Shown piece after piece: positions 10,401 through 20,524 of a stretch of 64,000 bases of DNA; positions within the stretch are counted from its first letter, which is position 1; every line of letters starts with the position of its first letter. The translations under genes were made by a program, and so were the position numbers. The notes beneath the pieces are model-generated. The model was given only the letters and a program-made list of their open reading frames with translations. It searched no databases and was not told the DNA's origin. The stretch comes from Gammaproteobacteria bacterium (lineage in GTDB: Bacteria > Pseudomonadota > Gammaproteobacteria > UBA4575), in NCBI GenBank assembly GCA_965221955.1, contig CBDCTA010000018.1, positions 96,001-160,000 of the forward strand. The letters are read 5' to 3'.

Positions 10401-11021
10401 TTAAAATATTCTTTCAGGAACAGTAATAACATCACCTGGAATTAAAATATGGTTTGAATCAATCTTGCCTCTTATCAACATATCTTCAAGACGCAATGGG
10501 ACTGAAACTGTTTGCTCATTACTCCTTCGAATTAAAACCGCCCGATTCCCTGCAGCAAACTCACCCAATCCGCCAGCCTCTAGTACAGCATCAATAACTG
10601 TCATACCTTGGCGATACGGAATTGAAACCGGATTACCTACAGCCCCTGTCACTCGAACACGACGCAGAAATTCTTTACTACTCATTGAAGATAAAGTAAC
10701 CGTAACGTTTGGCTCACGCACATCTTTACGCAACAACTCCGTAATCTCAGACGCTACTTCCTCAGCTGTCTTACTTGCTACTTCTACGTCACCAAGAAGT
10801 GGCATACTAATACGGCCATCTGGTCGCACAGGAACCGACACAGATAATTGATCATTTCCCCATACGTGCACAGAAAGAACATCATCAACACCTATGCGAT
10901 ACTCATCTACAACTATTGAATGCGCATCAGGGTCAAGTGTTCCCTCAGGAATTGGGTTACTTGCACAAGAGGTTAATGCAAAAAACACACTTATAAAGAA
11001 TAGTATTAATATTTTATTCAT
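10401..11021 (-). CDS. Polysaccharide export lipoprotein (Wza/OPX family)
   Basis: Lipobox LTSC, YRIGVDDVL, VPVRPDGRISMPLLGDV, SLBB domain and C-terminal PGDVITVPERIF. Confidence 0.92.
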   Translation of the reverse strand: MNKILILFFISVFFALTSCASNPIPEGTLDPDAHSIVVDEYRIGVDDVLSVHVWGNDQLSVSVPVRPDGRISMPLLGDVEVASKTAEEVASEITELLRKDVREPNVTVTLSSMSSKEFLRRVRVTGAVGNPVSIPYRQGMTVIDAVLEAGGLGEFAAGNRAVLIRRSNEQTVSVPLRLEDMLIRGKIDSNHILIPGDVITVPERIF

Positions 11022-11307
11022 ATTCGTTTTTGAGCCCAGTTTATAGTTCGATCCAAATTATATGGATAACTGTAGGGGAATTTCACAACCAACACAGTGA
11101 ATAATATCTCACAAATTGGATTTCGAAAGTATTAATTAACCGATAGATGGTTAATACCATTAATTTATATAAGGTATTAATTAAGTAATACTCTCAGTAT
11201 TGATTGTCAATTGAATGAATCGCCTTACAAATTAAGGACAATGTGTATGCTATGAATGCAATAATATTTACGATTGTTAATAGTTAATAACAAAAGCAAT
11301 TATCTTT

Positions 11308-13332
11308 CTATTGCTCCAGGGAATTCTTTGCATATGTGTAATGCTCTTGAATCTCTGCATTATCTGGCATCATTTCCAGTGCACTTTCAATCAACTGCAG
11401 CCCTTTTTCTTTTTCCCCACTACGGAATAATAACCAACCATAAGTGTCTGCAGTTGCTGCATCATAAGGATTTAGTTTATAGGCTTTTTCTGCGACTTCT
11501 AAAGCACGCCCGTCTTTTACATTAAAATAACACCAAGCTAAGTTATTCAAAATAACAAAATTTTCAGGATATTGATGCAATAATGACTCATATAATGGTA
11601 TAGCTTTGTTATATATTTTCTTTGTAATATAAATATCTGCAAGCAAAAGCTTCAATTTATAATTATTTACGAGTCTTTGCTGCCATCTCTCTAGCAAGTT
11701 AAGTGATTTATCGTGTTCCTTTTGAACTCTAGTTCTTAGAACGAGTTTTTTTATGCTTTCAGCTACTAAGTTTTCATCATTCTCTGAGATATTTTCAACA
11801 TCAATACTCTTAAACTTATCAATAGCAGATGCATATTTCTTAATCTCAATTTCATAATTTATATCAAATAATATTAGTGCTGTATTTTTTGGATCTTTAG
11901 ACAGCCATATTTTTATTTTTTCAGGAATATCATTCTTTTTTCCAATATCGTTTAAAACACCCATATAAAGGATCTTCATATGACTTGATCCAGGATAATA
12001 CTTAACAAGTTGTTGAATAAAATTTTCCGCTTCGACTTGTCTATCCATTTCTAGATAAAGAGCTATTATATTTCGTATATTCTGAACATTATTAAGCTCT
12101 TCAATATCGTATGTAGATAATATTTCAGAATATTTCTTTGCATCATCGCTTTTTAAATACATATACGCTTGCAACGGCAGCAAAACTGCATAGGCATTTG
12201 AATTATTAGATAAATCACTCGCTAACTCATGAGCAACTGATTTATAACTATCAAACTCAGCATTTACCATTGCTTTTAACGTTATAAATTCTAAATTAGA
12301 ACTCTCTCCAGGTACATTTTGTTGCAATAACGCATTCGCTTCAGATAGCTTATCTTGCTTAACTAAAGCTTTAGCTAAAAATAATATAACTCTAAGGTTA
12401 TTTTTATCCAGTTTTAATAATTCTCTTAAATTATGCTCTGCATCTTTATACTGCTTTTTTGAGTAAGCTAGTCTAGCAAGTTCATAATAATATATAGGAG
12501 ACTTAGGATAAGACTCCAAATATGATTGATAAAATTTTTGGGCATCAGCTGCATTTCCCAGCGCAGTTTTTGACTGCACAATATTTTGTACAATTTGCAA
12601 ACTTTTTTGCGATAAAATTTTTGAATTATCCAATCTTAGTGCTTTCAAGTAATAATTTTCAGCATCCAAATATTCTGCAGTTTTAAATTTTATATCCGCC
12701 AATAACAACCATGCTTCAATTAGCCCTTGATCATTTTCCAATAGATTATTTAGCCGACCAACTGCATTAGCTACTTTATTTTCAATAAGATCAATTCTTG
12801 CTAACCAAAGTTGTGCTTGTGGATAATTTTCACTTTCTTTATTTATAGTTAAAAAAAGTGATTTTGAAGTTTCTAAATTATTTTCCGCCAGCTCTATTTT
12901 TGCACGCAATAAAACGACTTCAGGATCAGAAGAATATTTCTCTTGCACTTGGTTAGATTGCAATAAATTTTTCGCTTCTCTAATTTTACTTTGCTGGTAT
13001 AAAGACTCTATAATTTGCAAGTCTATATCTTCAAATTCATGTCCCTCAGACTTTATACTTTTTAAAAGTTCATACGAACGATCTGCTTGACCAATTTGAT
13101 TATAGGTTCTAGCAAGCACATACCGCAGTTCTGGATCATTGCGATCGCTATCAGACAATGCTGCAATTTCAGTCAAGACATCATGATAACGCCCGCTTTC
13201 AAAATAAAACTTGATGATACTTATATCTTGATCGCTAGTTACTAGCTCTTGAGCTTGCTCATTTGAGCACGACGAAACTAAAAAGAAAAAAGTAAAAATA
13301 ATAATTTTAGGTAAATATAAATTCATGGTCAT
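11308..13332 (-). CDS. TPR-repeat lipoprotein, PrsT-like
   Basis: Lipobox VSSC, repeated TPR units and the C-terminal LNNLAW...A.DTYGWLL...EIQEH segment typical of PrsT-like proteins. Confidence 0.75.
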   Translation of the reverse strand: MTMNLYLPKIIIFTFFFLVSSCSNEQAQELVTSDQDISIIKFYFESGRYHDVLTEIAALSDSDRNDPELRYVLARTYNQIGQADRSYELLKSIKSEGHEFEDIDLQIIESLYQQSKIREAKNLLQSNQVQEKYSSDPEVVLLRAKIELAENNLETSKSLFLTINKESENYPQAQLWLARIDLIENKVANAVGRLNNLLENDQGLIEAWLLLADIKFKTAEYLDAENYYLKALRLDNSKILSQKSLQIVQNIVQSKTALGNAADAQKFYQSYLESYPKSPIYYYELARLAYSKKQYKDAEHNLRELLKLDKNNLRVILFLAKALVKQDKLSEANALLQQNVPGESSNLEFITLKAMVNAEFDSYKSVAHELASDLSNNSNAYAVLLPLQAYMYLKSDDAKKYSEILSTYDIEELNNVQNIRNIIALYLEMDRQVEAENFIQQLVKYYPGSSHMKILYMGVLNDIGKKNDIPEKIKIWLSKDPKNTALILFDINYEIEIKKYASAIDKFKSIDVENISENDENLVAESIKKLVLRTRVQKEHDKSLNLLERWQQRLVNNYKLKLLLADIYITKKIYNKAIPLYESLLHQYPENFVILNNLAWCYFNVKDGRALEVAEKAYKLNPYDAATADTYGWLLFRSGEKEKGLQLIESALEMMPDNAEIQEHYTYAKNSLEQ

Positions 13333-13333
13333 G

Positions 13334-14866
13334 TTACAAAGATATCAAATTATTTAGTTGGCCATAGTGAGTATGCAAAAAGTCTTCAAGAACACTATCT
13401 GAATTCATATCACATTTCATTGCAATAGATGTGATTGCACTGCCATAAACTCCTTTAAAACTCATGAGAACTTCATTTAATTTAACTTGCCACTCTTTTG
13501 CATAAAACCTATCACCCACTTGAAACCAATACCATATTCGAAGGCAACTCCCATCTCGTTTATTATTAATAGTTAATTTATTTATCGGTATCTGGCTCTC
13601 TTCTGACTCGTCCAATAAAATTTGATCAGATAAAACATTTGAAACATGCCACTCATTACTATCGACAATTTTATTATTTGAATTAATTAGTTCACTATTT
13701 TTATCTTGCTTTCCATACAGATAGATATTAAGCGTTATTATGCTTTTTTTCTTTTCAAACTGTCGAATATACTGTTTTGTATAAAAACTATATTTTGGCG
13801 ACCACCGCGAAGAAAATAACAATGGCTCGCTCCAACCTTTAGCAGGAACAATATCATTGGATTTCAGTGTAGCAATTTTTTTGATATTACCATCTATGAA
13901 ACCTGCATATAGAGGCGCTGCAGAAATTATTAGGAAATATATTATAAGCGTTACAAATAATTTGTATCCTTGCATGTTTTTATTAACATTAATATAACTG
14001 GTCTGCTGCTGATTCGTTTTTTTCCATAAACTTGGTTTTATAAATCTAGCAATAGTAAATAGTGGCACCAACATCAATATAAAAATGAGCCAACCTAAAT
14101 TTTCATGATCTTGCACAAGCGGATAATCCATCCCCTTCCAGACCCCAAGAACTATGATTATCAATATTCTAAATAAATTACCAACCAACATTATCACTAC
14201 TGCTGAGAGCACTAACACTATAGTTGCCCAATTACTTTGATAATTTAAATAACCATATACAAAAGATAACAACACTCCTACTAACAAGTACCGCAATCCA
14301 CTACAACTCTCTTCTATCTCGAACATACCTTTCGATAAAATAACTACGTTATCAACAATTCGATAATCAAAGTTTGAAACGGATAGCAATGTATCTGTTC
14401 CAAATACAGCAATTTTCTGAAGATAAGGTAAAAATAATGACCAAACTGGAATCGTAAATAATAGTATAAAAATAGGTATCAAAAGAACTTGATAATTTTT
14501 CAGCCCCAAAAAATAGGTAACTGTAAAAAATATCAGAAATGGTAGGCATAGCATTTGAATTGTATTTACACTAGCTACGTAAGAAACCAACCAAACCAAA
14601 GTTATACCAAATATAAAAATCGCAGAAGTAGACGATGAACGTGAATATTTGATTCGAGCTTGTTTGGCGCAACTATAAAGCAAGAATATAGACAACAAAA
14701 TGGTTAAATAACCATGTGAATACGTGCCGTATTCATTCCAATTGTCAAAAAGTATACTGATCGAACCTCGATAAAATAGTGCTAAGCCGCATATAGCTAT
14801 AGCTATTGATATCCAGATTAAAAATAGTTCTCTGTACTTTGGGTTAAAAATAGACTTTTGCTGCAT
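13334..14866 (-). CDS. xrtA: Exosortase A (EpsH domain plus C-terminal EpsI domain)
   Basis: YSHGYL motif; catalytic Cys/Arg/His in EESCSGLRY, NLFRI and QDHENLGW; EpsI-like C-terminus (ELINSNN, IWYWFQVG). Confidence 0.88.
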   Translation of the reverse strand: MQQKSIFNPKYRELFLIWISIAIAICGLALFYRGSISILFDNWNEYGTYSHGYLTILLSIFLLYSCAKQARIKYSRSSSTSAIFIFGITLVWLVSYVASVNTIQMLCLPFLIFFTVTYFLGLKNYQVLLIPIFILLFTIPVWSLFLPYLQKIAVFGTDTLLSVSNFDYRIVDNVVILSKGMFEIEESCSGLRYLLVGVLLSFVYGYLNYQSNWATIVLVLSAVVIMLVGNLFRILIIIVLGVWKGMDYPLVQDHENLGWLIFILMLVPLFTIARFIKPSLWKKTNQQQTSYINVNKNMQGYKLFVTLIIYFLIISAAPLYAGFIDGNIKKIATLKSNDIVPAKGWSEPLLFSSRWSPKYSFYTKQYIRQFEKKKSIITLNIYLYGKQDKNSELINSNNKIVDSNEWHVSNVLSDQILLDESEESQIPINKLTINNKRDGSCLRIWYWFQVGDRFYAKEWQVKLNEVLMSFKGVYGSAITSIAMKCDMNSDSVLEDFLHTHYGQLNNLISL

Positions 14867-14907
14867 ACAAAAAGACTTAACACATCGATAAATATATTAA
14901 CCTAACA

Positions 14908-16320
14908 CTATCTCGCGCCTTTACCCCAAAGCACGACTTCCGCTGTTTGTAAAAGAATAACAAGATCGAAGATCAAACTATGATGCTTCACGTAGTACAA
15001 ATCGAAATTTAGTTTTTCTATAGCATCTTCTATTGAGCTTCCATAGGGGTATTTCATTTGCGCCCATCCGGCTAAACCAGGTTTAACTCGGTGGCGTTCA
15101 CTATAAAAAGGAATTTCTTCGATGAGTTTCTCTACAAATTCTGGTCTCTCAGGTCTAGGCCCTACCAAACTCATGTCACCACGGAATACATTATAAATTT
15201 GCGGCAACTCATCAATTCGATAAGTGCGCAAAAATTTTCCAATTTTTGTCACCCGAGGATCATCCTGACTCGCCCAAATAGCCTTGCCTTCTTGTTCTGC
15301 ATCAGAGCGCATTGTGCGAAATTTCAGTAAGTTGAAATTTTTATTATTTAAACCCACGCGAGTTTGTTGATAAAAAATAGATTCCTTGCCTCCGCATTCT
15401 AACCAAATACTTAATGCTGCAAATAAATATAAAGGTGAGGCAACGAATAATAAGATAGCACTAGAAGCAAGATCAAAAATACGTTTAGTAAAATATCGAA
15501 AACTATCTTGCTTAAACCCTTCTGAAAAAATAATCCATGCAGGATTTAATAAGTTGGTATACACCTTACCTAATTGTCTTTCTAGAAAAGTTACCAATTC
15601 AACAATTTTTACTCCCTTAAGTCTCGCATCCATCAGCTCTTTTAAAGGAAGTTTATTTCTGCGATCCGTTAAAGCGACAACAATCTCGTCAACTTCATAT
15701 TTCTCTACGATTTTTTCTATAGGCAAGCTTGCATCCAATAGAAGATCTGATTGAATTTTTATCTGCTCTTCTTCGACTGGCAAAAATCCTACAATATTCA
15801 CACCACTACGATCAGACTTGCGACGCATTTTTGTAATCCACGTGGCGTTTTCATCTGCGCCTAAAATCAGAACATTTCTTTTTAATGCCTCAAGATTAAC
15901 AGTGTGGAAGAAAATAAAATGAAATAGAATTAGAGACAGAAATGAAAGACTTGAGGCGATAAGAAATACACCTCTTCCCATATAGATATCTGGAAAGATA
16001 TAAAAAATAAATCCAAAGGCAATAAAGGCAATAATAAACCCAACTGTCAAACGGCTAAGTTTGTTAATGATATGTTCACGTCTTTGGGCCTGATATAAAC
16101 CCATACTCAAGAGAGTCACTACGACTATCACTGCATGAATCACTGCACGTGGAAACAAATTTCCTACACTTTCAGTCGCAGCAGCTAGAGGATCGAGCTC
16201 GTTATAAAAACGTGCATATGCACCAACATATACGGTTAAAAACAACACTACTGCATCTATTAGTGCTAATAGCACATATGGAGCCTTGATATGTTGATTG
16301 CCAATTCGTATGTCAAACAT
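14908..16320 (-). CDS. Priming polyprenyl glycosylphosphotransferase, XrtA/PEP-CTERM type
   Basis: KRIFDL, YQQTRVG, KFRTM, DPRVT..G.FLR.YRIDELPQ, GDMSLVGPRPERP and KPGLAGWAQ motifs; ends GKGAR. Confidence 0.93.
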   Translation of the reverse strand: MFDIRIGNQHIKAPYVLLALIDAVVLFLTVYVGAYARFYNELDPLAAATESVGNLFPRAVIHAVIVVVTLLSMGLYQAQRREHIINKLSRLTVGFIIAFIAFGFIFYIFPDIYMGRGVFLIASSLSFLSLILFHFIFFHTVNLEALKRNVLILGADENATWITKMRRKSDRSGVNIVGFLPVEEEQIKIQSDLLLDASLPIEKIVEKYEVDEIVVALTDRRNKLPLKELMDARLKGVKIVELVTFLERQLGKVYTNLLNPAWIIFSEGFKQDSFRYFTKRIFDLASSAILLFVASPLYLFAALSIWLECGGKESIFYQQTRVGLNNKNFNLLKFRTMRSDAEQEGKAIWASQDDPRVTKIGKFLRTYRIDELPQIYNVFRGDMSLVGPRPERPEFVEKLIEEIPFYSERHRVKPGLAGWAQMKYPYGSSIEDAIEKLNFDLYYVKHHSLIFDLVILLQTAEVVLWGKGAR

Positions 16321-16567
16321 ATAGTTCAGTAATAGTTTAGTTTTATAATTGGTTTGTTGTTACCGTATTCTGTTCAGACGAAAATATGCTTTATGTTATA
16401 GAAATTTCCGCCCTAGCCCTCTCAGACACGAAATAAAGCACTATATCCCTTTGAGATTTGTAACCCCGTGGCGAAAATCACATAATTATTAAGTGAATTC
16501 ATTTATTTTACGCCAGCTGATATTAATTACTCATTAACCCATATACTAAACAAAGATACAAAACATT

Positions 16568-17842
16568 GTGCTACCCAAAAAAATTCACATAGGCGTAATC
16601 GGCTTAGGCTATGTAGGTCTACCTCTGGCCGTTGAATTTGGTCGATATCTTCCAACCACGGGCTTCGATATAAACACCTCTCGATTAAATGAATTACAAA
16701 ATGGTATCGACCGAACTCTTGAGGTAAGCAAGGACGAATTGGCCAATACAAATCTATTAAGCTTTTCTTCTTCTATCGAAGATTTAAGAAAGTGCAACGT
16801 ATTCATTGTCACTGTTCCTACTCCAATTGATGATCATAAAGTGCCGGACTTAACTCCGGTACGCAAAGCATCCGAAACAGTTAGACAAGCACTTAAAAAA
16901 GGCGATGTCGTAATATATGAATCGACTGTATATCCCGGTGTAACCGAAGATATTTGTGTACCGATACTGGAGTCTGACACGAATTTACAACTCAACAAAG
17001 ATTTTCACGTTGGATATAGCCCTGAACGCATAAATCCAGGTGACAAGGAACATCGTTTACCAACAATCAAAAAAGTGACCTCAGGTTCAACACCTGAAGC
17101 TGCAGAATTTGTAGACCAGCTATATCAAAAAATAATTACTGCAGGCACACACAAAGCTAGTAGCATAAAAGTAGCTGAAGCAGCAAAGGTGATCGAAAAT
17201 ACTCAACGTGATGTAAACATTGCATTAATTAATGAGCTCTCACTCATTTTTAATCGCATGGAGATTGATACGTTTGAAGTACTGGAGGCTGCCGGAACAA
17301 AATGGAACTTCTTGCCTTTTAGACCCGGACTAGTTGGCGGACACTGTATTGGTGTAGACCCTTATTACCTCACCCACAAAGCGCAAGAGATTGGGTATAA
17401 CCCAGAAGTGATTTTATCAGGAAGACGAATCAACGATGGCATGGGCCCATATGTAGCTGAGAGCGTTATAAAACTCATGACACAGAAAAAAGTACATGTC
17501 GTAGACTCTAGAATTCTTATTCTTGGGTTTACGTTTAAGGAAAATTGCCCTGATATTCGAAATACACGCGTGATTGACATCGTTGAAGAATTTAATACCT
17601 ACCATGCTGAAGTAGATATTTATGACCCTTGGCTAGATATTAACGAAGCTAATGAGGAATATGGTATCTCTTTTCTTACTGATTTACCTACAAGCAAATA
17701 TGACGCCATCATCCTTGCAGTGAATCATGAAGAATTTAAAAATATGGGTGCAGAAAAAATTCACGCACTCGGAAAAGAAAATCATGTGCTTTTTGATGTA
17801 AAGAATACTCTGCCAAAAGAGCAAGTAGATGGTCGCCTTTAG
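16568..17842 (+). CDS. tviB: UDP-N-acetyl-D-hexosamine 6-dehydrogenase (TviB/WbpO family)
   Basis: [50 protein letters not shown] and FKENCPD motifs. Confidence 0.9.
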   Translation: MLPKKIHIGVIGLGYVGLPLAVEFGRYLPTTGFDINTSRLNELQNGIDRTLEVSKDELANTNLLSFSSSIEDLRKCNVFIVTVPTPIDDHKVPDLTPVRKASETVRQALKKGDVVIYESTVYPGVTEDICVPILESDTNLQLNKDFHVGYSPERINPGDKEHRLPTIKKVTSGSTPEAAEFVDQLYQKIITAGTHKASSIKVAEAAKVIENTQRDVNIALINELSLIFNRMEIDTFEVLEAAGTKWNFLPFRPGLVGGHCIGVDPYYLTHKAQEIGYNPEVILSGRRINDGMGPYVAESVIKLMTQKKVHVVDSRILILGFTFKENCPDIRNTRVIDIVEEFNTYHAEVDIYDPWLDINEANEEYGISFLTDLPTSKYDAIILAVNHEEFKNMGAEKIHALGKENHVLFDVKNTLPKEQVDGRL

Positions 17843-17886
17843 TTTGACAATCTAGACATTCAACTAAATATAAATAAGAAACAAAG

Positions 17887-18894
17887 ATGAAAGTAGTAGT
17901 TACAGGTTCAGCAGGTTTTATAGGCTCAGCTGTTTCGCTTTATTTACTTAATCGTGGCGATGAAGTATTAGGCATCGATAATCTTAATGATTATTATGAT
18001 GTGAATTTAAAACTTGGTAGATTAGAAAGAACAAAAACATATGATCAATTCACAGAAGCTCGTATTAATCTTGAAGACAAAGATGCAGTTTTCTCTGCAA
18101 TAGATAAATTTGAGCCACAACGTGTTATCAACTTAGCTGCACAAGCGGGTGTTCGCTACTCAATAGAAAATCCTTCAGCTTACGTCGACACCAACCTAGT
18201 AGGTTTTTGCAATATCTTAGAAGCTTGTCGACATCATGATGTTGAACATTTGGTGTATGCATCCAGCAGTTCAGTGTATGGCGCGAACACTAAAATGCCT
18301 TTTTCAGTACATCAAAATGTAGACCACCCATTAAGTTTGTATGCCGCAACAAAAAAAGCCAACGAACTTATGGCGCATGTATATAGTAATTTATACGGCT
18401 TACATACAACTGGCTTACGCTTTTTTACCGTGTATGGTCCTTGGGGACGACCTGATATGGCACTATTTTTATTTACTAAAAGTATTCTCGCAGGTGAGCC
18501 GATTAACGTATTCAACTATGGCAATCACCGTCGAGACTTCACTTATATTGATGACATCGTGGAAGGTGTGATCCGCACTTTAGATCACTTACCGGAAAAA
18601 AATGAAGCATGGGATAGCGATGACCCAGATAGCGCAAGTAGTTTTGCTCCGTATCGCCTTTATAATATTGGCAATAATGCGCCTGTAGAACTAAGCCATT
18701 ACATAGAAGTTTTGGAAGATTGCCTTGGCAAAAAAGCAGAGCGTAATTTGCTGCCATTACAACCCGGCGATGTTCCCGACACCTATGCTGATGTCGAAGC
18801 ATTGGTACAAGATGTTGATTACAAACCAAATACTTCCGTAGAAGTCGGCATTAGAAACTTTGTTGACTGGTATCGACAATTTTACAAAGTCTAA
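17887..18894 (+). CDS. UDP-glucuronate 4-epimerase-family NAD-dependent epimerase
   Basis: [51 protein letters not shown] and QPGDV motifs. Confidence 0.92.
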   Translation: MKVVVTGSAGFIGSAVSLYLLNRGDEVLGIDNLNDYYDVNLKLGRLERTKTYDQFTEARINLEDKDAVFSAIDKFEPQRVINLAAQAGVRYSIENPSAYVDTNLVGFCNILEACRHHDVEHLVYASSSSVYGANTKMPFSVHQNVDHPLSLYAATKKANELMAHVYSNLYGLHTTGLRFFTVYGPWGRPDMALFLFTKSILAGEPINVFNYGNHRRDFTYIDDIVEGVIRTLDHLPEKNEAWDSDDPDSASSFAPYRLYNIGNNAPVELSHYIEVLEDCLGKKAERNLLPLQPGDVPDTYADVEALVQDVDYKPNTSVEVGIRNFVDWYRQFYKV

Positions 18895-19086
18895 ATCGTC
18901 AAATTTAAGCCACTTTTAACCGTTACAGATAAGACAATCCTGCCCTTATCCTTGAATATAAACATAGGCTTAGGTATCCTTCCCTTACAAATTTTACTGT
19001 ATTTACAGTAACTATTTGATTGCATTTAATATTTAGTAAATTTATGGTTGGGCAGTTTGCTAGCAGACGTGAGGAGTGCTTAATCT

Positions 19087-19326
19087 ATGCAATTGGTAAA
19101 TATCCTACTTACAATTGGCCTGATCGTACTCGTTTCAGGTATCACTGTTCTATCGTTATGCGCAGTCATTGCATCCTCTAGAGCTCACCAAAACCCAACA
19201 AGCAACCAAAATCATTCTGGCCCTGAGCGCAGGAAAAACACTGCCTGTAATTTCCCAGTCACTTGCTCAGATGGAACCACCGTATATTTTGACCGTAGAT
19301 TACAAACTGATAGACGCTTTGCCTAA
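19087..19326 (+). CDS. Small single-pass membrane protein with ERR/DRR motifs, unknown function
   Basis: GAGGAG RBS upstream, N-terminal hydrophobic helix and C-terminal GPERRK...FPVTCSDG..VYFDRRLQTDRR. Confidence 0.7.
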   Translation: MQLVNILLTIGLIVLVSGITVLSLCAVIASSRAHQNPTSNQNHSGPERRKNTACNFPVTCSDGTTVYFDRRLQTDRRFA

Positions 19327-19327
19327 A

Positions 19328-20425
19328 TTACGATCCGTGACTTGACTCAAAGTCCTCTAAAAACTCAATTAACTTTTTAACACCCTGTGGCTGTATCGCG
19401 TTATACAGACTCACACGTATACCACCAACGCTTTTATGCCCCCGTAAACCAAGTAAGTTATTTTTTTCCGCTTGTTGTAAAAAAATTTTCTGCACTTGTT
19501 TGTCATCTATTGTAAACGGAATGTTTATATTCGAGCGAAACAACTCGTCAACATGATTCTTATATAACCCACTATTATCGATCAGACTATAAATCTCATC
19601 CGCACAAAGTTTCCTGCACTTATTAAGCTCATCAACACCTCCTTGAGCTTTCAACCATTTCAACATTAACCTTAAAACATAAATAGCAAAAATGGGTGGA
19701 GTATTTGTTAATGATTTATTCTCAAAGCAACGTCTATAATCGAATACTCTCGGCACATTGCAATGTACTTTACTTAGCAAATCCTTTTTTATAATCATTA
19801 CACATAGTCCTGCAATACCTAAGTTTTTCTGTGCGCTGGCATAAATCAAGTCATAATCTTTTACGTCTATATCCCGCGTTAAAATAGATGAGGTCATATC
19901 ACAAAAGATTGACCCACATTCCAAATGAATGCTTTTCTGAAACGCTACACCATTAATCGTTTCGTTATCACAGTAGTGCAAATAACTTGCATCTGAGCAT
20001 AAGTGCCATTGTTCAGCAGGTTTAATTGAAATTTTTTCATTTTTCTCAAGCGCCTGGATTACGTTTACATTTGTATATTTCTTGGCTTCCTCAGCAGCTT
20101 TATTCGACCAATGTCCAGTACAAATGTAATTCGCAGTATCTTTTTTATCTATAAAATTTAATGGCAACATTGAATATTGAGCTGTCGCTCCACCGTGCAA
20201 AAACAATATTGCATAGTCTGCAGGTATACACATTAACTCTCGCAACAAGCATTCGGCATCAGTTAATAATTCAACAAAAATCTCACTGCGATGGGAAAGC
20301 TCAAGAATAGATAAACCGCTGCCACAAAAATCAAGCAACTCTTCTTGTATAGTTGTCAATACTTCACGCGGTAGCACTGCAGGGCCCGCACCAAAATAAT
20401 AAGTTTGTTGGGTATTAGTGGACAT
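19328..20425 (-). CDS. serC: Phosphoserine aminotransferase
   Basis: GAGPAVLP, ELSHRS, GGATAQY, NETING, DMTS, AQKNLG (PLP Lys), NTPP and GHKSVGGIRVSLYNA motifs; directly downstream of gyrA. Confidence 0.93.
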   Translation of the reverse strand: MSTNTQQTYYFGAGPAVLPREVLTTIQEELLDFCGSGLSILELSHRSEIFVELLTDAECLLRELMCIPADYAILFLHGGATAQYSMLPLNFIDKKDTANYICTGHWSNKAAEEAKKYTNVNVIQALEKNEKISIKPAEQWHLCSDASYLHYCDNETINGVAFQKSIHLECGSIFCDMTSSILTRDIDVKDYDLIYASAQKNLGIAGLCVMIIKKDLLSKVHCNVPRVFDYRRCFENKSLTNTPPIFAIYVLRLMLKWLKAQGGVDELNKCRKLCADEIYSLIDNSGLYKNHVDELFRSNINIPFTIDDKQVQKIFLQQAEKNNLLGLRGHKSVGGIRVSLYNAIQPQGVKKLIEFLEDFESSHGS

Positions 20426-20524
20426 AATACGAAACTAAAAACAGAAAAGTTTAGTACAGGAAGCTAAACAAGAATACTAAAAAAAACTAAGAGAGCTTAT
20501 TCGTTTCCAGTGTCGGATTTACCT

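Noticed and set aside
16321-16567. Sigma54 promoter or PrsR site for the exosortase locus
   Set aside because: No convincing TGGCAC-N5-TTGC was seen on either strand.
18997-19008. Possible LexA box
   Set aside because: CTGT-N4-ACAG; the gammaproteobacterial LexA box needs an 8-bp spacer.
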